From assembly GCA_964402035.1 (NCBI GenBank), contig CAYOAM010000002.1:27280-91279 (forward strand): a stretch of 64,000 nt of DNA, in the 5' to 3' direction. The translations under genes were made by a program, and so were the position numbers. The notes beneath the pieces were generated by a model. It ran no database searches, had not been told where the DNA came from, and saw only the letters and a program-made list of their open reading frames with translations. The DNA is from an uncultured Candidatus Saccharibacteria bacterium (lineage in GTDB: Bacteria; Patescibacteriota; Minisyncoccia; Phycocordibacterales; UBA918). Of the stretch, positions 52,401 through 59,901 are shown piece after piece (within the stretch, counting starts at the first letter, position 1; every line of letters begins with the position of its first letter).

Positions 52401-52682
52401 ACCGCAGCAACCGCTATCATTTCCACCACCATCTCCTCCAGTAGAAGGACCACCCCCTGAGTCGCTATTACCACCACCCTCACCGCCGCCGGCATCTCCT
52501 CCGCCGTCACCGCCTCCATCGCCATCCGCAAGAGAAATAGCAGCGGAGAGACTTACCACAGACACATCGGTGTGCACTTGTGGCATAAGGGGTAATACGA
52601 CAAAAACTGCGAGTGCAATAAGTGCAATCACAATAACAGCGTATCCGATTTTTCCACCAAAAGATTTTATAATGTTATTCAT
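49455..52682 (-). CDS. Surface protein: Gly/Asp-rich N-region, 7 Cys-paired Ig/PKD-like repeats, internal IPYTG-TM-KR signal, cytoplasmic helical domain
   Basis: Repeats P.C...(S/T)P....W...NA....TF.LT......C...V; DIPYTG at aa 747-752, then a hydrophobic helix and KR. Confidence 0.85.
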   Translation of the reverse strand: MNNIIKSFGGKIGYAVIVIALIALAVFVVLPLMPQVHTDVSVVSLSAAISLADGDGGGDGGGDAGGGEGGGNSDSGGGPSTGGDGGGNDSGCCGDGPGAGEGGGNSNPDDTNTDAPDNSPIDNGPNLDVGGPHEDVVLTPAPTCAISASPSSFSHSGGNTNLSWTSNNATAATIDQTIGSVATNGSRSIFVASSKTFTLTVTGPGGSASCSAPVTVAAAPLAPTCTLVASPNSLPFGGGNTILSWTTDNATAVSISEGVGSVVLDGSHLVSVSSGKTFTLTATGPGGSVNCNAAVTVGGAVAPACTLTVSPSAITLGGSSRVNWTSENVSNIVLKKVVNGVESIVEQTTAGTGSFVVIPEVASTHTYKGSFTGAGGTVNCEALLVVNPVADPAPVCALSATPASHGFGGGNSTLNWTTSNADSVTLDNSNGSVALNGSLSVNVQQTVTYILTATKGNKSTQCVQTITVATQTAAPSCDSFTASPNVLTAAGDVVFTWNTSNADSVSINNGVGAVAVDGSTSKNVTSDTTFVLTATKGNQSATCNVFVDINPSETPKLSCDAFSISPSSVSKGNTATMTWNTTNADSVTIDNSIGTVTPDGTQSITVNENKTYVLTAKRGSETVSCNASVSVETGGGGGGGGGGGSNKPVCSAFTASKKTISAGDSVKLSWKTRRGSELKIGPNDVYETTNDDKTDEGSVTVKPTKTTKYTLTVSKGSRKDTCTVEVKVGGFTVLTDRNQLSSLSFTDIPYTGFDAGPFLTGLFYTLLTLWSLAIAYVLAIKRGSVFGFTLPASQAAASNYTFGSMIPHDEYHAHTHVATPAPVHTAAAVAFSAPGATQVKAVHAEVPSNLPTGSYAHQVVTAAHDDEDVDRDEEENENDEEAPEGDMQDAISHLENIAHGHNVLLSSDALRLMIDQSDTTEEASTMLQDLIERAKASYPREDGWIILNRERVMALFPQTTSAAVASIEASPVVEEVGATTLAEAIVTGNTALAYALLGNNPMIAIADAAEALDGVVRARHAGNNTSDMLVRASAHISDEKLKAAVLALVSAIDGTYSDEVAAVRLAVIKALKAIS

Positions 52683-52818
52683 ATATATTTTTGTCTTCTA
52701 AATACTCACACCTACATAAATAAGTTTTTAACCTTATGTACGCAAGAGTATCGAAAGAAAAAAAGTAAGGAGGAGCGACGGCGGCAATTGCCACCGTCGC
52801 ACTCCAGTCTTGAAGAAC

Positions 52819-53433
52819 TCATGAACTTCGTCCTCGACAATCGAAGAAGAAGTGAAGCGAGTACCGCGGATATGGCTCCCGATTCGCGGTAGCCCGTTTT
52901 AGGTACTCTTGTACCTCATTTACCCCATCCCCGTTGCGGAGACGAGTGTCGACTCGGTTGCTCCGACCCGGAGCGGGGTAGACGAGCGTGCACGTCGGTG
53001 GGACCTGTACGCTCACCCCGAACTGTGGGTCCGCTGCCGACATGACGTCTGCAATGGCCACATCCCACGTGTAGAACGTGAGCTCAGGGTTCTTGGTAGA
53101 CTTCCCCGGTGTCGAGGTGAATGTCATCACCCCACGATGTGGGATGACGGCCGCACCAGAGACAGCGACAGGCGAGCCTCTCGCCGTACCGCGCTGCCAT
53201 TCAGCCATGATCGCTGGATGCAGCTTGCCAACCCGATCGTCAAATGCGTACCTCGCATTCGACTCGCGGACTGCAGTCTCGCGGATCTGCTGCTGCAGAC
53301 CCGGCGAGAAAGTGGTCACATCCCAGAACATGGCCTGGAACGTGATTTTGGTCGCACACGGAGGAATTCCGCACGCGACCGCATTGCTTATGATGCCGCA
53401 AAGCACCACAAGTACGGAACAGAAAGCCTTCAT
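52819..53433 (-). CDS. Secreted hypothetical protein
   Basis: Signal-like MKAFCSVLVVLCGIISNAVAC, AGGAG SD, GC-rich. Confidence 0.7.
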   Translation of the reverse strand: MKAFCSVLVVLCGIISNAVACGIPPCATKITFQAMFWDVTTFSPGLQQQIRETAVRESNARYAFDDRVGKLHPAIMAEWQRGTARGSPVAVSGAAVIPHRGVMTFTSTPGKSTKNPELTFYTWDVAIADVMSAADPQFGVSVQVPPTCTLVYPAPGRSNRVDTRLRNGDGVNEVQEYLKRATANREPYPRYSLHFFFDCRGRSS

Positions 53434-53502
53434 GCTATTACTCCTCTGTTTTATTGGTGGGCAGATCGGCTAGACACTCGCGCATCTAGCCGATCGACGG
53501 GA

Positions 53503-54138
53503 TCACTCCTTCTCAGCAGGACGCTTGGAAAAGTTGTCACACCCTTCAAGGTCCTTCGGCGGAAGGAAGAGGACGTGCTTGTACCCGCCCTTTCTCGCCG
53601 TGTAGATGTAGCCGGGCAGATCGCGACCAATCGACTGACGGACATTCCGCCAGAGGACGTGCTTGCCACCCGAGGTGTATACCTGCTCTTCGTAGAGCGT
53701 GCCATCCGGCATCGTGGCCGAAACGCCACGATTCCCGACGACCTGATCCCTCCACTGAGCCTTGATGTCTGGATCGGCGGAAGAAAGCGCAAGGTACTCG
53801 TCGATCCCCTTCACACTCGATCCCTTCGGAGTGAAGGGTGACCGCCCGACGTGACGCCAACAGTTCTCCCCCGCCTTGCAGAAGTTCTGCTTGGCGGGGG
53901 ATGCCGCTGGCTTCGCAGGCGGCGGAGCTACGGTCTTGCGCGGAGCAGGCGTTGCTGCCTGCTGTTGCGCAGGGACCGGTGCCGGTGTTGCGACCTGCGG
54001 CGCCGGAGCCATCACCATCACTGGTGCGGGCTGCGCGGGCCGGATTGCGTCCGCAATATCCTGCCGCATGCCACCGCATGCGGCGAGCGTGTTGGTGATA
54101 CCCAAAAGCATCGCCAGATTGAGAAGAAAGCGCTTCAT
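53503..54138 (-). CDS. Putative lipoprotein with Pro/Ala-rich linker
   Basis: Lipobox-like LAA-C; AAGGAG SD; Cys-containing C-terminal domain. Confidence 0.72.
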   Translation of the reverse strand: MKRFLLNLAMLLGITNTLAACGGMRQDIADAIRPAQPAPVMVMAPAPQVATPAPVPAQQQAATPAPRKTVAPPPAKPAASPAKQNFCKAGENCWRHVGRSPFTPKGSSVKGIDEYLALSSADPDIKAQWRDQVVGNRGVSATMPDGTLYEEQVYTSGGKHVLWRNVRQSIGRDLPGYIYTARKGGYKHVLFLPPKDLEGCDNFSKRPAEKE

Positions 54139-54154
54139 CGTCTCGTCTCCTTGT

Positions 54155-54340
54155 TTAGGGTTTCGTCTTGCTGTGAAAGAATGTAAATGAACCCGTATTT
54201 GGGTCCACGTACACTATCCCTTGCCGAGACTGGATGTCCCAATAGGCCCATCCAGTCATCCCGATCACTATGAGGAGCACAAATGCTCCCCACCGGATGA
54301 CCGACCAAAATAGGTCGTCGAGCGGATCTTTTTTAGACAA
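54155..54340 (-). CDS. Small single-TM protein
   Basis: GGAGGT SD before TTG 54340; TM WGAFVLLIVIGMTGWAYW; promoter TTGACA-17-TAATAT at 54546-54574. Confidence 0.5.
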   Translation of the reverse strand: MSKKDPLDDLFWSVIRWGAFVLLIVIGMTGWAYWDIQSRQGIVYVDPNTGSFTFFHSKTKP

Positions 54341-54602
54341 ATCTACCTCCTCTCGTATCTCCTTCAGTTTGAAATGAACTTTCCTCCCATCCGCACGATC
54401 GCGGTGAGAGAAATTCTCTCTCACGCGAAATTGCGATGAGTTTGCTGTGTAAAAAACTTTCGCACAAAAAACCAACCACAATGTGACTTTGTACACTCGA
54501 GTGAGCGTACGTTCTGTCCTGAAAAGAAGAGCTACCTGTACTTACATATTACACCAAAATTATACTTTTGTCAACACCCTCTGGAGTCACCCCAAAACGG
54601 CT

Positions 54603-55259
54603 CTATAGAGCCTCTTTTTCTATGAGTTCTGCTTCGACCACGAAGCGATCATCTTTGCTACCAAAGGAGTTGCAGGTCACCAAAATGAGCATATTTTCCT
54701 TATGCGAAAGTGCGACTGATGCTGCACTTGCCTGCGCTTTGTACACTTTCTTCACACGATAGATATACGCAGTGTCTCCCGACTCCACACGCACCATATC
54801 GCCCCAGATGAGTTTCTGAATACCGTTAAAGGCTTGATAGTTGCGGTTGTGCACCGTTGGTAAGTAGCTCGAATGACCAAAAAGCACCATCGTACCTGTC
54901 TCGCTAAAGTCCGCAGAGTCGGGATGGCGCACCACACCCTTGAGAAGCGCCTCATCGAGCACTGCTATTTCCCTGCTCTCCGGATTTAATACCAAAATAT
55001 CGGTACCAAGTGATTCTATTTTTAGACGCACTGGATGTGGATCGACTTTGGCTATAGTTGCGGGAGCTACTTCGGGAGTAGAACTTGCTGAGACCACTTC
55101 AGTAACCACTGTGAGGTCACCTTCTGGAGCTTCAGGAATAAAATCAATGGCAAAAAGAATGCCGTACGAAATGGAAAATACAACAAAAAAGATCCCCAAA
55201 AAGGCTCCTTTTCGTTTCCACACCTCGTCAAATGCCTTTAGAATGATTGATTCCTCCAT
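54603..55259 (-). CDS. Sortase
   Basis: N-terminal TM; His (FGHSS), LILVTC and Arg (DDRFVV) catalytic pattern. Confidence 0.92.
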   Translation of the reverse strand: MEESIILKAFDEVWKRKGAFLGIFFVVFSISYGILFAIDFIPEAPEGDLTVVTEVVSASSTPEVAPATIAKVDPHPVRLKIESLGTDILVLNPESREIAVLDEALLKGVVRHPDSADFSETGTMVLFGHSSYLPTVHNRNYQAFNGIQKLIWGDMVRVESGDTAYIYRVKKVYKAQASAASVALSHKENMLILVTCNSFGSKDDRFVVEAELIEKEAL

Positions 55260-55322
55260 AGCGGCTTAAAATATAGCATAAATACGATACATCATATTAG
55301 CTTGTTTGTCAAATGATGGTGC

Positions 55323-55351
55323 TTGACAAGGGATTTCATGTATGGTAGCAT
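55323..55351 (+). promoter_or_regulatory. sigma70 promoter
   Basis: TTGACA-17 nt-TAGCAT, 9 nt before ATG 55361. Confidence 0.65.
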
Positions 55352-55360
55352 TTTCCTACT

Positions 55361-56401
55361 ATGGAACAGAAATCAACAAATGTCAGCGAGGAGTCAAAGA
55401 CTAGTGCAATTAAGTTTTTAGCAATTATTGGTTTTATCACCGCGATTATTTTTGTCGTATGGGCCTCCGTTCAAGTCATTCGTTTCATTCCTTCGGCGTT
55501 TAGTTCTCTCGCCTCTATGGCCGAGATTGTCTACAACAAAAAGGATGCAGGACTTGTCATCTCGATGGATAAAAACATCGTCAACTCTGGCGAACCGTTT
55601 GTGGTCAATTGGACCAAGATGCGCAAAGACGGTACCTACACGTTCTTGTATAGCTGTACTGATGGTGTCGCCGCAGAAGCGCGCAACGCAGACGGCGATA
55701 TCACGTCGGTTGTCTGCGACGAGGTACTTACTCTTCCCTTCAACACCCAATCGCTCGACCTAATGTTTACGTCAGAAAAAAAGCGTTTCGTTGATGTACC
55801 ATTTACCCTGCGCTACACACCTGACGGCGCTACCGCACCGACCGTGGAAACTCATGAGCTTGTGACCGTGGTCAATGCAACCATAGCTCAAGTAGAGAAT
55901 GTCGACGAAACTCCGGTGCTTGAAAATCCGACTAAAGCTGAAACACCAACGACTCCAGCAACGCCTGTGGTAACAAAACCAAAACCTCCAACACCGGTTG
56001 CGGTTACGACCTACCCTGTATCAAATCCAAATGGCTATGTTGATCTTGCTGCGACCTACCTTGGCATCGGTACCTTCAACGAAGCAACAAAAATCTTTTC
56101 TCCAAAGAGTGAACTTGATACAAGTAAGCGTAACGCGGTGAAGTTTGAGGTCAAAAATATCGGCACCAAGACGTCTGAGACGTGGACCTACAGCGTCACC
56201 CTTCCCGGGAAAGATGGTGATACCTACACATCTCCATCACAAGTAGCGCTCAAACCTCAGGAGCGTGCCGTGATCACGCTCGCCTTTAGCGACATTGTGA
56301 AAGATGAAAATACTGATACGATCAAAGTTGAAGTTAAAACAAAATCTGACCGCAATGATAAGAACAATGACTTCAGCAAGAGCATAAAGGTGGTTGAATA
56401 A
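55361..56401 (+). CDS. Membrane-anchored protein with C-terminal CARDB-like Ig domain
   Basis: N-terminal TM, Pro/Thr linker, VDL..FEVKNIGTKTS..LKPQE..NDKNN. Confidence 0.75.
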   Translation: MEQKSTNVSEESKTSAIKFLAIIGFITAIIFVVWASVQVIRFIPSAFSSLASMAEIVYNKKDAGLVISMDKNIVNSGEPFVVNWTKMRKDGTYTFLYSCTDGVAAEARNADGDITSVVCDEVLTLPFNTQSLDLMFTSEKKRFVDVPFTLRYTPDGATAPTVETHELVTVVNATIAQVENVDETPVLENPTKAETPTTPATPVVTKPKPPTPVAVTTYPVSNPNGYVDLAATYLGIGTFNEATKIFSPKSELDTSKRNAVKFEVKNIGTKTSETWTYSVTLPGKDGDTYTSPSQVALKPQERAVITLAFSDIVKDENTDTIKVEVKTKSDRNDKNNDFSKSIKVVE

Positions 56402-56427
56402 CAGATCTTAAGAATCACATTACAGAG

Positions 56428-56460
56428 CAATAGGCCGGCGCCCAAAGCGCCGGCCTATTG
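56428..56460. terminator. Bidirectional terminator
   Basis: CAATAGGCCGGCGC-ccaaa-GCGCCGGCCTATTG. Confidence 0.7.
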
Positions 56461-56479
56461 TGTTTTATATTCAGTTTCA

Positions 56480-56935
56480 TCATTGCGATTTTGGTGATGC
56501 ACGTTGAATAGAGATTTCCTTTGTTATGCAATCAATCTGTACCGATTCCCCTCTTTTCAGTGTGATTGGTTCTATTTGTAGGCCCAACGCTCGTTTACAA
56601 AAATAGGGGACAAAATTAGCAATCCACTCCCCTTTTGTAAAAACAATGACATTGTCGTCTATCTTATTAAGAAATTCATATGCAGACTGGTAGTAGACTG
56701 ACTCATCTGCGTTTGAGTTCGATCCAAAGTGTTCAAAGGCTTCACTTTGTTTCCCTATACCCGCAGCGATAATATGGGCACTCTCTTTTGCGCGGGGACC
56801 AACCGATGAATACACCAGTGGGTCTTGATGTCTAATCGAGACAAGAACGCTGTTCATCTGCGCAATGCCCACAGCGTTCAATTTTGCCTCTCCTGCTGTA
56901 AATTCTCCGTGCCGAACAATGGTTAGATGCTTCAT
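56480..56935 (-). CDS. Histidine phosphatase family protein (SixA-like)
   Basis: LTIVRHG, YSSVGPRAKESA; second His not evident. Confidence 0.7.
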   Translation of the reverse strand: MKHLTIVRHGEFTAGEAKLNAVGIAQMNSVLVSIRHQDPLVYSSVGPRAKESAHIIAAGIGKQSEAFEHFGSNSNADESVYYQSAYEFLNKIDDNVIVFTKGEWIANFVPYFCKRALGLQIEPITLKRGESVQIDCITKEISIQRASPKSQ

Positions 56936-56990
56936 AAATTCGCAGTGGATGTTAAAATGACCAGTTTCATTCTGTCACACATATACTATT

Positions 56991-57722
56991 TCAAATCTTG
57001 CACTCAAGAACCAACGCCTTATGATCAGAGGCAATATCGTCTAATACTTTAAAGTCAGTCACTTCTATGTCAGGGCTTGTAAAGATATAGTCACAGACTT
57101 CGATTTTGTGTGTCAACGGCGTTCTCGTCGTCGCTACCCCTCTTTCTTTAGCATGATTGGTAAGTTTTTTGTTTATCTGCATGAGTGATGCGCTTTCTGG
57201 AGCAAGATTAAAATCTCCACACAGTATTATCGGTCCTTCCAATTTTTCTATATACTCAACAATCATCGCACACTGCCGCATTGTTTCATCATCACCGTTT
57301 TTATGACTTTTTATGTGATGCCCATGATGATTTAGTATGTGAAGATTTTTTCCGTTACTCTCGATGGTTACATGCTGTAAATTACGAATATTAAAATCCC
57401 CATCAAGCATATCTTGCGTTTCAATATATTGCTTCCGAGTGAATACGGCATCCGTTTCCAAAAAAGGAAATCGACTTAATATCGCATTGCCAAATTCTGC
57501 CTTTTGATTCATGTAGGTAAATCCAAACACGGGCGAGTAGAACGAATGTTCAAATCCTCCCTTTTCTTGAAATTTCCTCAGAGTACTGAAAAATAGATCC
57601 CCTATAGCAGGAAATACCACCGCTTCTTGAAAACAAACAACATCTGGTTTTTCTCTTTCAAGAATCTCTAGAATATTTTTTCCTAATTTTCCTCCCCAGA
57701 TATTGAGTTGCAATATTTTCAT
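56991..57722 (-). CDS. Endonuclease/exonuclease/phosphatase (EEP) family protein
   Basis: LNIWGG, CFQEA, GNAILSRFP, CGDFN, DYIF, SDH. Confidence 0.92.
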   Translation of the reverse strand: MKILQLNIWGGKLGKNILEILEREKPDVVCFQEAVVFPAIGDLFFSTLRKFQEKGGFEHSFYSPVFGFTYMNQKAEFGNAILSRFPFLETDAVFTRKQYIETQDMLDGDFNIRNLQHVTIESNGKNLHILNHHGHHIKSHKNGDDETMRQCAMIVEYIEKLEGPIILCGDFNLAPESASLMQINKKLTNHAKERGVATTRTPLTHKIEVCDYIFTSPDIEVTDFKVLDDIASDHKALVLECKI

Positions 57723-57744
57723 ATCAAAAGAGGTTCAAGGGACC

Positions 57745-59814
57745 TTAAATATCCAAATTCGCCAGACGAGCGTTTGATTGGATAAAGGATTTGCGGCTCG
57801 CTACATCGGTCCCCATCAAGATATCAAATACCTTATCAGCTTCAAGCACATCCTCTACACTCACACGCTTTAGAATACGATTGCGTGGATTCATCGTAGT
57901 TTCCCAGAGTTCTTCGGCATTCATTTCTCCAAGACCCTTGTAGCGCTGAATGCGAACTTTTGATGATTTTGAAGCTACCTCCTCAGTTTCCTCTTCTTCT
58001 CCGCCGACTGGCAGATCCTCATCCCCTTCGCCAATCTCAACAACGGCCGGAGCATCTACCCCAACAATTTTATTTTTTTCTTCATCGGTATACGCATACT
58101 GCACATCTTTACCTTTTTGGATTTTGTAGAGTGGTGGCTGTGCGATATAGAGAAACCCGCCGTCGATAATTGGTCTAAAGTACCGGTAGAAAAGCGTAAG
58201 TAAAAGAGTACGAATGTGTGCACCATCAACGTCGGCGTCGGTAGCGATGATGACTTTGTGGTAACGTAGTTTCGCTAAATCAAACACATCGCCGATTGCG
58301 GTTCCGAGCGCAATGACGAGATTCTTCACCTGTTCTGATTCGAGCATACGATCAAGGCGGGCACGTTCTACGTTGAGGATTTTTCCTCGGAGTGGCAGGA
58401 TCGCTTGTGTTCTTCGATCACGTCCCATCTTTGCTGATCCTCCGGCAGAATCTCCCTCCACAATAAACAGCTCCGACTCCTCGGCACTCTTGGTCTGACA
58501 GTCAGCAAGTTTTCCAGGAAGCGCCATACCTTCGAGCGCACCCTTGCGCAATACCGAATCCTTCGCGGCTTTCGCAGCCTTGCGCGACTTGAGCGCCAAG
58601 ATCACTTTGTTAATAATTGCACGTGCATCATCAGGATGCTCCTCAAGGAACATATTGAAACTTTCAGAAAACACCGACTCAACAGCACCACGCGCCTCAA
58701 CGGAACCCAACTTCGCTTTCGTCTGTCCTTCAAACTGAATCTCCGGCATTTTGACCGATACTACGGCGGTGAGTCCTTCGAGTACATCTTCACCGGTAAA
58801 GTTTTCTTCACCCTCTTTTACTAATTTATTTTTACGCGCATATGCATTGATAGAACGCGTGAGTGAAGTTTTGAAACCCGTAATATGCGTACCTCCTTCA
58901 GGTGTATGAATATTATTTGCAAATGCCGTAATGCGCGCACTAATGTCATCAACATACTGGAGCGCAATCTCGACCGACATTACCGCGGAGTCAATATCAT
59001 TTTTTTCCGTATAAAAAATGTTCTTATGCACGGATTCTTGGTACTGGTTGTAAAAAGCAACCAATGAACGAAGACCACCTTCAAAATAGAAATTCTGCAT
59101 CGGTGCTTCGATGTCTGTATCACCCATATAGCACACACCATCGAGATCTGGAAGCTTTGCGACCTGACGTGCATCAATCACCGTTATGCGAAGCTTCTTT
59201 ACCAAATACGCTTGCTGACGCACATGACTGACAATCCTATTCCAATCAAATGATATTTCTTTGAAAATCGTTATATCGGGTTCAAACGTGATGATCGTTC
59301 CCTGCTCACGCGACGCCCCCACACGCTTCACCCGCGCTTTTGGTTTGCCAATGACATATTCCTGCACAAAGTACCCATCATCACGATGCACTTCTGCTTT
59401 GGTATAAATAGAAAGTGCGTTCACCACAGAGACTCCCACACCATGGAGTCCTCCCGAGACTTTGTAGCCTTCCCCACCAAATTTTCCTCCGGCATGGAGC
59501 GTCGTCATGATCGTCTCAAGTGCAGATACTTTGGTCTGCTTGTGAGTATCGACAGGGATACCGCGTCCGTTGTCCGTGACACGAATTCGATTGCCGGGAA
59601 GAAGTGCAACTTCAATGCGATTGGCAAAACCTCCCATGGCTTCGTCGCGTGAGTTGTCGAACACTTCCCAGATCAAATGATGGAGACCTTCTGTGCCCGT
59701 TGTACCGATGTACATACCCGGACGCTTTCGCACAGGATCAAGTCCCTCAAGAACACTGATCGATGAAGCATCGTATGTTCCCTTTTTTGCAGTTTTTTCT
59801 TCTTTTTTAGCCAT
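57745..59814 (-). CDS. gyrB: DNA gyrase subunit B (type II topoisomerase B)
   Basis: VRKRPGMYIG, LHAGGKF, GLHGVG, EGDSAGG, DADVDG, QRYKGLGEM. Confidence 0.96.
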   Translation of the reverse strand: MAKKEEKTAKKGTYDASSISVLEGLDPVRKRPGMYIGTTGTEGLHHLIWEVFDNSRDEAMGGFANRIEVALLPGNRIRVTDNGRGIPVDTHKQTKVSALETIMTTLHAGGKFGGEGYKVSGGLHGVGVSVVNALSIYTKAEVHRDDGYFVQEYVIGKPKARVKRVGASREQGTIITFEPDITIFKEISFDWNRIVSHVRQQAYLVKKLRITVIDARQVAKLPDLDGVCYMGDTDIEAPMQNFYFEGGLRSLVAFYNQYQESVHKNIFYTEKNDIDSAVMSVEIALQYVDDISARITAFANNIHTPEGGTHITGFKTSLTRSINAYARKNKLVKEGEENFTGEDVLEGLTAVVSVKMPEIQFEGQTKAKLGSVEARGAVESVFSESFNMFLEEHPDDARAIINKVILALKSRKAAKAAKDSVLRKGALEGMALPGKLADCQTKSAEESELFIVEGDSAGGSAKMGRDRRTQAILPLRGKILNVERARLDRMLESEQVKNLVIALGTAIGDVFDLAKLRYHKVIIATDADVDGAHIRTLLLTLFYRYFRPIIDGGFLYIAQPPLYKIQKGKDVQYAYTDEEKNKIVGVDAPAVVEIGEGDEDLPVGGEEEETEEVASKSSKVRIQRYKGLGEMNAEELWETTMNPRNRILKRVSVEDVLEADKVFDILMGTDVASRKSFIQSNARLANLDI

Positions 59815-59901
59815 AAAAATACCATCCGTGTTTAAAACACTATTGCCACAGTATAGCAAAAACAAGATGATTTGACGACTGTTTTTAGATCTATCTGTGA
59901 G

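Noticed and set aside
52909-53841. 310-aa plus-strand ORF
   Set aside because: Antisense to two ORFs with signal peptides and SDs; a GC-rich shadow.
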